44,219 nucleotides of DNA, taken from the NCBI GenBank assembly GCA_010093745.1, contig MU006012.1, forward strand, positions 56,732-100,950. The letters are read 5' to 3'. The first letter of the stretch is position 1; each line of letters begins with the position of its first letter. The stretch comes from Piedraia hortae CBS 480.64. Lineage: Eukaryota. Under the pieces are notes generated by a model, which was not told the DNA's origin, ran no database searches, and was given only the letters and a program-made list of their open reading frames with translations. Below are positions 20,066 to 32,600 of this stretch, piece after piece. The position numbers and the translations under genes are program-made.

Positions 20066-21260
20066 ATGGCGCACCCGAGAGCTCGTCCCAGATATGCACA
20101 CCAGCCCGCCCATAAAAATACCAAGTCTAGTCTTAAAAAAGCTCCTAAAGAAATAGTTGAGAGGACTTGGTTGATGCATCAGACGAAGTATAGCAAGACA
20201 GTCATCCTCATGATCCATTTGACAACGATGATTTCGGTGTCCAGCCTTTGGGGACTGAGCTGGCTTCGATTTTCTCCAGCCTCTACCGCTACCAGGTCCG
20301 TTAGTGGAGTTACCCAGTGCAGGCTATACAAAAGGCGCACTTTTGGAACTCAACGATGCCTGCTGTAAATTGATCAAAGAGTCCTATACTGAAAAGGAAA
20401 CCCTGTCAATTTTGATGTATTACGGTCTTGGTGCCATTGTCGAAAACAACCATATGCGCATTGGGTAAGTTTTTCCGCCCCTGTAAGGGTATGGCAATCT
20501 GACTGACATATCAAGTGGCCCTATCGATCGCCGCAGCGGGGCCTTTGTCAGCAATACCGTCGACTGGAATAGTGCCAAAGCAATCATGTCAGAGATTGAT
20601 GGCAACCAGCTACACATATTGGATTGCTGCTATGCTGGGGAAGCAGCACGGCCCCATGTCGAAATCACGACTACGTCGACCACAGAGTCCGCGCCGGAGT
20701 CCTTGCAAACTTGCTTTACCAGAGCCCTGATCGAGGAGCTACGAGCGGCAACTCTCCCCGTCGCTGTTGTACATCTGTACAGCGCGATCACAAATAAACA
20801 CGAGGACTACCGACTTGTATACCGACCTGTGTTCACCGCGTGGACAGGCAAGCCGCTCATTGTCTTGCAGAAGCCTGATCGCCACACACAAGCCATGATG
20901 CCGAAACTCACGGAAGATTTCCCGCGCGTCATTTTCACTTGCCTCGAGGGCGACTTCAGCATGATAAATATCTCTGCCTTTGAGATGTGGCTGTCAATCA
21001 ACGTTCCGGTGGCGGTTGGAGACGTGTATGGAGTCAATCTAGAAGGAGTCTCCCGCGCACAATCAACCATGGTACTGGTATCCATGCCCTTGGCTGTCTG
21101 GGCCATTCTTTCGGAGGATCAGCAGCTCAACTTCGTTGCCATGGCTCGGTTTCGGAATTTGATGCTGCAGTGGGCTCAGGAGGGCGTTACTGGGCTGAGC
21201 ATAAGGCCTCGTGGTACGGAGAAATTTGCATCGAGCAGCCGAAAGCAGGATGATGAGTAA
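20066..21260 (+). pseudogene. Degenerate fungal caspase-fold (peptidase C14-like) protein gene
   Basis: Across two frameshifts, a stop and an intact intron (20465-20515) it reads YSKTVILMIH/DNDDFG..ELASIFSSLYRY/..LSILMYYGLG..VDWNS..QLHILDCCYAG..FTRALIEEL. This is the Y-x-G-H-G / DCCYA / FTxAL layout, with the His position as Leu. 5' boundary approximate. Confidence 0.7.
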
Positions 21261-24200
21261 ATAGCTGGCGTAGGGAATTCAGGCACGGGCCTCCTAGAAC
21301 CTTCATTCTCTACCTGTAATCTCAAGGGCGGTCGTCATGTGATCCTTGGTACCATTGTTAACCACCTATAATGTAGCTTAGCTTGCGTGAGCTAAATTCT
21401 TCGTCGAGCCTTTCGTTTCTGCTGTGGGGAAAACCCGGTCGGCTCCCTTGGCATGTACACGTTTACTTCCGCACATGATTTCGAATTTGATAGGACCAGT
21501 GACAGAACGCCCAGAACGCTCGGCAAGGCCCATAGTTGGATCTAACCCTAACTTAGCAGGCCGAGCAAAATCTTAGTGCGAAAGATAGGAGTTACGGTGA
21601 AAGACATTTATCTCGTGTGAAAGTACAGCTGCCATATGAATTTTTAGATGATACATCGCACAAAAACTGCGTCAGATCCATGGAGGTGAGGATCTAATGA
21701 GCATGGAAGATCTGGGTATCCGCGTGATCGGATTTTAGTTTTCACCAAAGTACTTTCCAGCTGGATGGCAAACTAGAACTCTCATCTCATCACACAAAGA
21801 GATTGACAGTACATATAGATGCTTTTATGCCATCAAACATACTGACAGGTACCATCCCTAGACGCAGACTCTCAGATGCATAATCGTTTTCTATTTTGCA
21901 ATTGGGTTTGTATCTTCGTTCCGCATGGCTTATCCGATGTGCGGAAAAATTGGCATGGAAAATGTGAATATGAATCTAATAAGACATAGGAGTGGCGGAG
22001 CGTAATTGGACCACTAATGCCTTATGTTTGCAGGGATTACGATACATTCTTAGAGGTAGAGGACTCTCACCTGAGAATGGCTTTGATCTGCTTGCCCAAG
22101 ACCTACATATACATAGCAGCTGCTCGAGGCCTGCAGGGTCTTCGGCCTCAACGAGAAAGGTTTCCCCTCCGACGAGGTCACGGTAGCGCGTGATCTTGGC
22201 AAATGCGGTCCGGCCAGGGTGGGTCTGCGGTAGAAACATACAACATCCTCCCAAAGCTGTGAATTTTACCCAACAGGTCTCACATTGGTCTGAGGTAAAC
22301 CGAGCTTCAACCTTCAAACGTCCTATAACAATCACTTTCTGGTTGTTCAATGTTTGATGTCCTAATCCGTAGGCAAACAATCTTTGACGAAGTCGTCAAA
22401 CATCGCGTTTGTGAAATAAGATTTGACCTTGTACAACTGGTCGCTGAACATTGCGTTTTCATTGGTGCGCATTCACCTGGCACTAGTGCATGTGCCCAAA
22501 ACTTGACCTGAAGCAGGCTTTGACCAATCACAGCGAAGCCCTGAAGAAGCCGCCTTCGCCCCACAGGGACATTTGTTTGCGACTTCACCTTCACCTTGTC
22601 ACAATAGAATCCACCTGTACATGGTGTCGGCTACGAAATGTTTGCTCCTTGCAATGAGCAGAGTTAAGAGACTTTCCACTGTCGCTCACGAGCGGATTTA
22701 TCGCGTTGCTCGGTCGGGCTGACCAACACCAGTTTTGTCAGAGATGTGCGCCGACTTCCGCAACCAGATATACCATAAATCCCTACTGAACATGTACCAA
22801 TACACGCAGCTGCGTTTGCTTGACATCAGATTACGCCTAGATTACCCTGACGCATGGGAAGATTTACAGGCCTTTTTCATGCATCAATGAAACCCCGCAT
22901 ATCCTTACGCACATGCGAAAGGTGGTCTGTTCTGAGCCACAATCAGCAGCAGGGTAAGCATAAGAACTGTGCTAAAGTTCGAGTCGCAAACCTGTAATCG
23001 TTTTGCAATACCTATGATCCCAAAAATTACCAAAGATTCTCCGCGCATTCTCCTGATTTGCTAGCACGGTGAGCCCTGTGTCAGATGAGTTAGATCGGTG
23101 AAGTTGGAACGCCCAAGGCTTCGCAGGGTTTTCTGCCTCATAGAGGAGTTTTCCCCTATAACGAGATCATGTCATCGCGTGGTCTCGGCAAATGCGGTCT
23201 GGCCAACTGTGGGTCTGTGGAAGACGCCCAAAATGTGGCGGTTCGTTCTACAAGCTTCTCATAAAGGCCGAGGAATACCACCGTACTTTGATGCAGAAAA
23301 TCATTGTAGTCCTGCTCATGATCGTCAACTTCACGCCGTCAACGGAGCCATACACGACCAGCAGCCGGCCCAGTGTTTCTTTTGGCGCGGCGTTGTGATG
23401 AATGCCAACCTCTCGTACAGTGACTCCCTGTCGTCAGAAAATAATTAGCAATAGGCCCTCGCTTTTGGTCTTGGGGCACTCGGGGCTGGCCTTTCACTTG
23501 GCACGCTGCTTCACCCTGATGTGACAAGCCGTCAAAACCTCTCCTTGTCCCACACGCTGCCCAGCAATTCCGAGAACGACGCGCGTGAACATGTTGAAGA
23601 GAGTGGTGAGGTACCTGCGACTAACTGCAGATGTGGGAAACGAGTGGGCCTGCTGAAGAAACATCCATTGAAAGGATGTTTTGCTTCATGTCCAGCGAAA
23701 TGCAACGAGAAGCATGGCAGAACTTGGTCATCATCCCCGCTGGCCGCATTTCACTAATGTTTAGCCCACCGTACGCCCTACTCACCCAGAAAGTCATATC
23801 GATCTTCACAGTCTGCATGTCCCTCGTTATTTTTCTAGGCTGGGTAATAGTCAGTGGTGTTCCGCGGCCTGACCTTTCCATATGTCCGGTGATGCAAGTT
23901 TTTTTTACCCAGATATCGTGCAATAAGGTCCGATGGTCATGGAAGTAGCCGAGTCCCGGCAACTCAGGTATTACGGACTTACTGACCTCGACCTACAATC
24001 CATCGGGCAATGTCTCCTAAACCATGGTGATATCGCTAACAGTGGCCTGTTGATAATTACTCAATGGCGTATTCTATCTCACCAGATGGAGAGGGAGGAG
24101 GGAATGGTATCGAGAGGATATTCGACTACTCGTTTCCGGGCATGAGATAACACTGCTTGTATAGGATACCTAAAGGCGCTCCTAGATATGGATTATCTTT

Positions 24201-25039
24201 TTGTGCTTGTCTAGCCTCCGAGAGCATTTCTCTGCGCCAATTTTTCCTTCGGTGAACTGGTGTGTTCACGGCCTGAGACCAGCCCATTTTTAGAGTGTCC
24301 TTAGCCGGCTAGGTGAGACAAATGGCATTTGTAGATACAACTGTAAGTCTGTCGACCACTCTTCAGGGCAAAAAGTATTAAGGTATCGAGAAGTTGTTTG
24401 ATGAGACTAAATTCTGTGATAATTTGAAGGAAACTATCCGCGTAGATTGCGGGTGTTGTGCACCACCAGGCAAGGAGTCTTTATCTTCTATCTTGTTATA
24501 AAAATCCTTGGTAGATGGCCCACGACGGTGATATGCATATTCATATGGATATTTAGATGGCATATCGCTCTCTGTTAAATATGTGTAGCTGCGTGACAAA
24601 CCATACCTTTTCACCCCATTGTATGGATCCGCCCCGAGATGTGAATCCCTCAACCTCATCAAAGACTTCTCACGGTCACGTCCATGCGCAATCAAAATTC
24701 CCGAAAACACCCACTACATTCCACATGGAACAGAGCATGGGACCTTATATCACAAGCAAATCACAGGTAGAACACCAAATAATCACGTTGAAAGGCCATT
24801 CTTTGACATGCCGTCGGTCAACGTTCGGTCACAATCCGCCAAACGACTCCCCACGTGGACCTCGGCTGACGACATCAGACTCCAACACCTCGAACAAAAA
24901 CTCTCACGAGGGAAGGCCATCAAACAACCGCTCCCTCATTGCATCACACGTCCTCTCATCCACAAACATGACCTCTGCTCCAACAATGTCTATTGAAACC
25001 CATTGAAAATCCACAAAGGCACACTGCCGGGAAATGAGA

Positions 25040-25924
25040 ATGTCATCAGCCCTATCACCCACATCCAAAGCGGCACTTTCCAAACTCCGATCCTTCGCCG
25101 CTCCAACAACAAATTGGCACAAATGCCCTGCGTCACGCCGCGCCGCGGTTCTGATTCTACTTTACCCAGGCCTTAGGGGTGAATTGAGGGTTGTTCTGAC
25201 TCTGCGATCTGCGGGATTGAAAAGCTACGCGGGCCAGGTTGCTCTTCCGGGGGGAAAGGTTGATGATGAAAAGGAGACGCCTTTTGTAGCGGCTAGGCGG
25301 GAAGCGTTTGAGGAGATTGGTTTGCCGATGAGATCCGCTGCAGGGGACGCGGTGGAAGAGATTACAGAGATGCCTTCGCATCTGGCTATGACGGAGCTGG
25401 CGGTCAGGCCTTGCGTTGCTTTCATGCCTCATAACCTTGTGGTTGAGAATGAGAGTGTGCGGTTAGAGCCTAATCCGGATGAGGTCGCGGCGATATTTAC
25501 GGCGCCGTTTGAGAATTTTCTGAAGGTGGATGATATGCAGGATGAAGGGGTTGAGGGGCAGTGGTATAAGGGTGCTTGGCACGATTGGCTTGAGACGAAG
25601 TGGAGGATGCACGAGTTTTTCGTCCCGGTTGAACATGACCCGGTGATTTATCCCCGTGCAGCTTCTGCCTCTCTTCCAGAGCATGGGATGCACACGGAAG
25701 GAAGCGTCACCCCTAACCGATGGCGGGTTTTTGGCATGACTGCAAGGATACTAGTAGACTGCGCACGCGTTGCATATGGGTATGAGCCGGAATTCGAGCA
25801 TAATGATCATTGTGGCGACGAGGAGTTGGTGGCTAGACTGCTAAGAATCGGTCGTTTGAAGGACAAGGAAAAGGAAAAAAGCGTACTTACCCGGTCGATT
25901 ATTAAAAAAGCTGTGAAATTATGA
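25040..25924 (+). CDS. PCD1: Nudix CoA diphosphatase (Pcd1-like)
   Basis: RRAAVLILLY, VVLTLRS...YAGQVALPGGKVD...AARREAFEEIGL (Nudix box), PNPDEV, VFGMTARIL. Alternative start ATG at 25034. Confidence 0.9.
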   Translation: MSSALSPTSKAALSKLRSFAAPTTNWHKCPASRRAAVLILLYPGLRGELRVVLTLRSAGLKSYAGQVALPGGKVDDEKETPFVAARREAFEEIGLPMRSAAGDAVEEITEMPSHLAMTELAVRPCVAFMPHNLVVENESVRLEPNPDEVAAIFTAPFENFLKVDDMQDEGVEGQWYKGAWHDWLETKWRMHEFFVPVEHDPVIYPRAASASLPEHGMHTEGSVTPNRWRVFGMTARILVDCARVAYGYEPEFEHNDHCGDEELVARLLRIGRLKDKEKEKSVLTRSIIKKAVKL

Positions 25925-25967
25925 TATGTACAGTGTCATGCCGCTGGACTCGCTGGATTATGATATC

Positions 25968-26579
25968 TTACAGTTTCAACTGGTCCCGAATGGTCTGCAT
26001 CAGATTCAAGTTGGTCAGCATTACCTGACCGGAATTAAAGGCGTCGAAAAGGTATGTATTCGTCTGTGCAGCTTCCTCGTCCACGGTATTAAGTGTCCGC
26101 CATTCGCTATCCGATTCTCCTCCATTCTTTAGCTTCAATCTCTGAAGATGTACAGTCAGCTGACAGAGCTGTAAGACGATGACGGCTACGTCCATTGACG
26201 CAAGGACAACCTTGTTGGTTGGTCTTTGGCCTATCAGATCCAGTAGGGCTCCACCGTGTAGATAGCCGCTATCCCCCGTGGGCATTGGAAATGCAACATG
26301 CAGTAACAAACAGAGCAAATTTGTGCCCATTATCATGCCGAGAAACGGTCGGTCCGTCGGTGGTTCTGGAACTAGGCCGGGCTTGGGTGTCAGATAGCTG
26401 AACTGCACCAATGCGCGCAGGATGAAGCGGAAAAAAGAACAGTCCAGGTAATAGATGATGCTCAACTGGGCATAAACGGTGGCATCCAGCTCCCGGCCCA
26501 ATTCCTCCAGCAACTGCATGCGCTTCTTCCGCAGCCTCCGTTCATTTTTGCCCCGTACATGCTCTGGCTCATCGCTCAT
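25968..26579 (-). CDS. DUF1746 / Dsc4-like SREBP-pathway E3 ligase complex membrane subunit
   Basis: YAQLSIIYYLDCSFFRFILRALVQF..LTPK and GYLHGGALLDLIGQ motifs, typical of fungal DUF1746. Confidence 0.75.
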   Translation of the reverse strand: MSDEPEHVRGKNERRLRKKRMQLLEELGRELDATVYAQLSIIYYLDCSFFRFILRALVQFSYLTPKPGLVPEPPTDRPFLGMIMGTNLLCLLLHVAFPMPTGDSGYLHGGALLDLIGQRPTNKVVLASMDVAVIVLQLCQLTVHLQRLKLKNGGESDSEWRTLNTVDEEAAQTNTYLFDAFNSGQVMLTNLNLMQTIRDQLKL

Positions 26580-26743
26580 CGCTGTAGTCGCATGTTGCAG
26601 CCTCGGGTGAAGTTAACTGGATCTTTGTCAGCGTTGGTGGCTTACCGTCAGCGGTCGTAATATATATGTGGAATCAGACTAGCGTTACAGTTAGTATCCG
26701 TAAGCTACGTATATGTATATCGCTGGCCACTCCACCGCACCCA

Positions 26744-27844
26744 ATGGCAGGTTTGTCCTCCCAACTCTCTGCTGTCGTGTGCTAATAGCAGCCCAAAGAC
26801 CGTCCGTCGTGTGGCTCTAAGGCCGGCGACTTGCAGTACAATGTTTCCACCCACGTTGGCGCCCTCTTTCTCATCTTATTCCTTTCCACCCTCTCCTGCT
26901 CCTTTCCGCTTCTCGCTCGCCGATTACCATGGCTGCCCATTCCCGGCACCTTTCTTTTCCTTGCACGTCATTTTGGCACTGGAGTCCTTCTGGCAACGGC
27001 TTTTGTTCACTTATTTCCGACAGCTTACACCAGTCTGACCGATCCATGTCTACCGCCATTTTGGACAAAATCTTACCCAGCCATGAGCGGGCTCATCGCA
27101 ATGACCAGCGTTCTGTTAGTTGTGGGAGTTGAGATGTTTTTTGCGTCTCACGGGGCAGGCCACAGCCATGCTGTTGACTTGGATGCGATAAGGGGGCAAC
27201 ATGTACCACTACAGTCGCGAAACAAACCTCTGCCACCAGAGCCACCGTTCCAAGATGATGACTCGGATGCGGAGTTGGACCATTTGGACCAGATAGATCC
27301 TGTGTCTTCGGCAGGTCTCCTGCACGACCCTCCTGCCGCGGCTGAGTCGCCCGTGAGCCGCCAGATATTACAGTGTCTTCTGCTCGAGGCCGGAATCCTC
27401 TTTCACAGCGTCTTCATTGGCATGGCACTTTCAGTCTCTACTGGTTCGGCTTTTGTCGTTCTTCTATTCGCAATCAGCTTTCACCAGACATTTGAAGGCC
27501 TCGCCCTTGGCTCACGAATAGCCGCCATCGCCTTTGACCCCAGCAGTTTTAAACCATGGGTCATGTGCCTCATGTATGGCATCACCACTCCCATTGGTCA
27601 GGCCATCGGTATTGCATTGCAGGGAATGTACGATCCCGCAAGCGAGCTTGGGCTGCTCATGGTTGGGGTTGTAAACGCCATATCAACAGGCTTACTGCTC
27701 TACGCAGGCTTAGTGCAACTCCTAGCTGAGGATTTGCTGAGCGAACGGAGCTATCATGATCTGCAAGGTGTTTTGCGCGTCAAAGCCTGCGGCGCGGTTG
27801 TCGGTGGATGTTTCTTAATGGCCCTGGTCGGGGCCTGGGCTTAA
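26744..27844 (+). CDS. ZIP-family zinc/iron permease; probable exons 26744-26750 and 26799-27844
   Basis: RHFGTGVLLATAFVHL, GHSH loop, LEAGILFHSVFIG, FHQTFEGLALG, ALVGAWA*. The first intron (GTTTGT...CTAAT...AAG) is inferred to give MADRPSCG. Confidence 0.9.
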
Positions 27845-27951
27845 CCATCTGTAACATTATTGCATAGAGAGCTGGATTTCATGTCAGGGTAGCATTCCAA
27901 ACATCATCTCAGCGAAACCAAAACTTCTACCATACCTCCCTCTTGAAAAAC

Positions 27952-28467
27952 TCATTCCACCACCGGCCTCCGTTTCACAAACTCCTCCAAATCCGCCCTC
28001 GTCGCCACTCCAAGTACAAACCTCCTCCTCGCATCCGTCACGACCGCGAAATCCCCATCCTCGCCCGCATCAACCTCATCAAAGAACCTCTCAAGCTCCT
28101 CCAGGGGCGTATCCATGGTGATAAGCCAATACTTCCTATCTCTCCCCCCCCTCTTGAAGCTCGTCATGGCTTTCTGAACCTTATCACCACCCTCAACCTT
28201 CCCAGCCTCTAACATACGCTGAAGCCGCGGCATGGAAATATACCCCACCAGGGCGTTGCCGCCGTCTTCGATTACGGTCAAGTGCGTGAAGTCGCGCTCG
28301 TAGGCGGCTGCCATTGCGGCGGAGATGCGGCTTGATGATGAGACGGAGAGGGCTCGTGGTGGGTCCAGGTCTTCGACGCTTGCCTAGCCGGCGGGTGAGC
28401 TGTGGGTGAGGATAGATTGGATAGGGGGGCGTACGCCGCGGTAGTTTCTGGGGGTTTTTGGAGGCAT
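27952..28467 (-). CDS. Small CBS-domain-pair protein; exons 28467-28435 and 28383-27952
   Basis: Spliced NYRG|ASVEDLDPPRAL...AYERDFTHLTV...LVGYISMPRL...ITMDTPLEELERFF...FAVVTD..RRFVLGVATRADLEEFVKRRP. Confidence 0.85.
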
Positions 28468-29939
28468 GGTGGGATGAGTTTTGGGTTCGCTTGGTTTAAG
28501 AGTGCTAGTTGCGGTTGCGGATGTGATGTGATTTTGTGATATGGGATTTGGGCACACAAGCTCGAAATTTTTGTCGGGAGATGTTTGCGGGGAACCAAGT
28601 TCCTGGCTTCTTTATTGAAACTCAAATCGAGAAAGATATAATTCTGTGGGTAACTACGAAATGAACATTCGCGTGGAAAATTTTATGGGCAATAGAGATG
28701 TTTTTTGGAGAAGGTTGCGCAACTGAGAACTCGCAAAGCTTTCGCCAGTTCAGCTGCGCTACGCAAAACGATAATCTGCCTTTGAGCCGTCTTTGACATC
28801 AAGAAGCTTAATTATTCTATCAACCGATCTATTTGAGTGGAGAGACAAACTCACAAAACCGTGATGCAACATTCTGTCGACAAGCCAATCTTACGCAATC
28901 ATTCGTGTCGTACAATCAAACCTGAATACGGCGAACACTGACTATGTGACTATTTGTTTGAAGCGAGGATCCTGTTCCCTCAATCGTTGCTCACGTAGGT
29001 CCGTTCCTCTCATGAACGAGTCTTCGTGCATAATGCCCTCAGCCACTCCCGCCGCAATGAGCCAGCTGATCGGCCTTCACGGCCCCATCCAGCCAATCCT
29101 TCATGCAGGCATCGTCCTGTGTCGCTATCTAAGATCCTCGCTCTCTCATTCAGTTGTTCTTCCGTGTCTTAGGGAAATTCTGCAAACAGGTTGACGGTGA
29201 GCTAGTTAGGGACGTGTTCTTTGTTGTTCTGCGGGCATGCATTAGATTCAACTTTGCAAGCATGAAACGCAATGCTTACTGAATATCTGTGAGAAAAAGG
29301 AGATCACCGTCTCCCCGTTAGACAAGATGCCTGAACACTGGCCAAGCTTGCGACGATAGATTCCAAAACTCCCCACCAACAAGCATTGCTGGTATCGGGT
29401 TGAAGGTCCCGCGAGGCCCAAATGGAGCGTTTAGTCAGTCACTTCGATCCCATTCGTGTTCACCGTGGCCTTGGTGGAAGGCCATACTGATCAAAACGTA
29501 TACAGATCAGTTGTCTGTTCAGTCATATATGTGAGCAGAGACAAAGTTACGTGGACTGCACCGTGCATGGTGCTGATCGAGACTAGTCGTCGGTTAGATG
29601 ACTGTGGTGCTGAGAGAGCTGGGATTGCAAAGGAGCAACTAGAATTTCCAATGCCGTCGAAGCCGAGGGATCGTGAGATGCCAGCTCTGAATTTAATCAG
29701 GACTTCTGAGGAAGATCTCAAGCAGATGATTGGCTGCTCCAGAGTAGAAGGGGTGGGAACCGTAACATAGGACAGTAGACACAGGAACACTCATCACGGC
29801 GATCCCGGGCTGACTGATCGGCACTCCTTCGCTTTTCTCACCAGCGTTTATCATCCTTCAGACCCCCACAGTGTCATACCCCACACCTGTGCGACCCATG
29901 GGTCTGAGCTTGCCCACCCCGCCTACTCGATCTTCCTCA

Positions 29940-30230
29940 GTTTGTAGGACTTGTATGTCAACTCGTTGCTTGAAAACAACGACCCCGGCATGCAGCGTCT
30001 TGAGTTTGCAGCTATTTGAAGAAGTCGCGGACTTATCCAATCGTGCTCGACGCGTCAAAGGATGACTGTAGGCGTGTGCCGTCGCTAAGGCGAATTTGGA
30101 TGCGTGGAATGTAAGTATTGGTGTCTATTTCACAGTTCGGATCGGGAATTTTGGGTCGTGAGAGAGTGTCTGCGCCGCTGAAAAGCTCACCAGAGACTTG
30201 GGCAATGGTGGAGCCGAGTTTGTACCCTTG
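29940..30230 (-). pseudogene. Decayed Shp1/p47-like fragment (SHP box plus UBX domain)
   Basis: QGYKLGST...EIDTNTYIPRIQIRLSDGTRLQSSFDASSTIG*VRDFFK*, then in a shifted frame FSSNELTYKSYKL. This resembles UBX IQIRLxDGTRL..F...TIGDV..F..FPxKEL. Confidence 0.65.
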
Positions 30231-31699
30231 AGCTGCTCGCTATGGTACACTGAAGCGACCTCATGCGTCGCTTACATGTGAGAAGCTATAGCTCTTGAAT
30301 GAGACAACCAGACCTCACTTTGTGAATGGAACCAGTTTCCTAAGGTTGCTTTTATTCAAGGGGAAAGTTTGGACTTTCCCAACGTCACGGTGACGCGGGT
30401 AAATGCGGGCAATTCCGCAGTGTAGTGGGGCACCTTGGCGGCGGGGTTACTTTCATGCTGATCCCACACACGTACCATAAGAATTTCTTTCCCTTACACA
30501 TCTCTTCACACATCTCTCGCACTTCAACGTGGCAGAAGCAAGTGACTGTGAGCTTCTGTCTGCCATTTGCGATGAAATGCCGATCGAGGCAAATTACTAA
30601 GATCGAGGTTCATCGCTCAGGGCAAGGCTATACCCTGGAATCATCTGGAATGGTGACAATGAACTGCACCGAAAGTCACAACAAGGACAGTTTTTCAAGC
30701 TATCTGGGAATCCTCTAATGGCGTCCTCAGCATGTAGCTACAACACGAATTCAAAGGCTGTGTATATAAAGCTTATGGAGACGGATGCCACGGTCAGCTC
30801 GGACAAGTGTCATGCATCCTTGAAAGCTTTGGGGATAGCCATACTAACGAAGCAATGGAACGGAATAGGGTAATTCGCGCCCTAGTCGTTGCTCGGGATC
30901 CGCAGAAGCAGGCTCGAGTTACCACAACGTCAACCACAGCAACGACGAGAGCTGATTGTAAGATTTCTTTGGAATGGGGACGTTGGTCATGAGTGGCGCC
31001 AAGAAGGGTAAACATACCAGCACAATGGCCGCTGTTTGACAGTTTCTTCGGCGCCGGACCATCATCAGATTCGACACGCGGATGCACCCTGTTCATCATG
31101 GTGTACTTCAACCAGGGCACTTGTCGATCACCATGCAGGTGTACTGTGTCCACACATAAGTCGATAAGCGGTACCTTGGAGCCGGGCATATTACCAGGAC
31201 TGGAGGTTTAGCTTCTTCCCTAAAGGGAATAGACTAAGAGACAATCAAGCGATACTTACAAAACCCGACGCTACGACGATCGCCTCAGGAACAAATGGAT
31301 GGTGCTGGTCGCCTCAGAGAATAATGGGTCACTCCAGTTGTGAAAGCATGGAGAACACTCCAGCGAGAGGCAATAGCAGCCAAACAAACAATTCCAAATT
31401 TCCGAGGTGCTGACAATCCGTAGCTCGCGTGAGATAGGCAGGCCAAATGGCTCTAATTGAAAAGAGAGAAAAGGTCTGACGAATGGTAAGAGGCAATTTG
31501 TGGTCCATATGTTGCGGCACTCTTGATGACGGACTCCTGGGGCAGCTCTTGGAGCACGCGGCCGCGCGGAGTGACAGAACTTGTGTCTGGAGCCACCCAG
31601 AGCGCCAGGTGGTCTACGTGGCCACGGCAAACCAGCTTTTGTCAGTTGGACCAACTGGCGTGGCCGGACTAGCTGCTACGATTGACTCGGGGCAGTCCT

Positions 31700-32600
31700 T
31701 GGGCAAGAGCAATCCTTGGACGATTCATCCGATGGAGTAAGTCGTGCTTGATCAGACGCCAATGGGCCTCCACGATCATTGTTGTCTTTTAGACCGAGAT
31801 GGCATTGGGATTGACTGATATTGCCTATATCCTCCACTTACGGAGCTCGTACCAGTTGACCCACATGTATGCCCAGATGTCTATGAAGTTGTGGGTCTTG
31901 CACCGCCGATACATCTCTCGGGCGCAGTGCCTACAGATCTCGTCAGCTGCAATCTTTTTTGTCCGCAAAAAGCTTATCGCTATATCATGTCACTCGACCG
32001 ATAATTACCTGTGCTGTTCGGTATCATCAATTGTCAGGATCCAGTTGAAATCCTCCTCTGCTTCGCCGGACGTCGGTGCAAAGGCTATCGGAAAGTCCAT
32101 GTGTACAGCTGTTGTGCCCATGATCTGACAAGGGGCATATTGATCCGGCTGACCTGGGGTATATGGCCAGAAGTACAATCAACCAAAACGGTGTACAGCC
32201 TGCATGTACATACCTTATCCACAAGCCCTGCCTGCCTCGCTTGCTCTTCCTCCAGCTCCACGCCTTAAAACGATCGCCGGGGCTTTCCATGTAACCGCCG
32301 TTGGGCAGGCACACCCATTCCGAGGCCGACGCGTCTCACTTCATCTGCTGCTCTCGTTCGCGCGCAATTCGTCTTGTATGTGTTGTCTACAAGAACAAGA
32401 TTTGGGCCAAATCTTGCCCTCGTAGACAAACCATCTCAGCTCTCCGGGTAGGTATTCCAGGAACAACTGCGTGGAAGAGCAAGAGCCATTTTTTCCCGCC
32501 GCAATGCCGTCTGGATGCTATTAAAATTGCTGGTGGTGATTGGAATTCAAGCCGTCTATACGAGTGGCTGCGAGAGCTGGTCTTGCGGTAACGGTAGGGC
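31700..32600 (-). mobile_element. Degenerate Mutator-like (MULE) transposase relic
   Basis: PNLVLVDNTYKTN (about 32367-32405), NMPL/QIMGTTAVHMDFPIAFAPTSGEAEEDFNWIL (about 32035-32140), then CAREMYRRC..IWAYMWVNWY..KTTMIVEAHWRLIKHDLLHRMNRPR (about 31715-31930), with stops and frameshifts. Boundaries approximate. Confidence 0.8.

Noticed and set aside
23631..23948. Possible MFS transporter fragment (FSPPY followed by a hydrophobic stretch)
   Set aside because: One short motif with no supporting flanking blocks; too weak to call.
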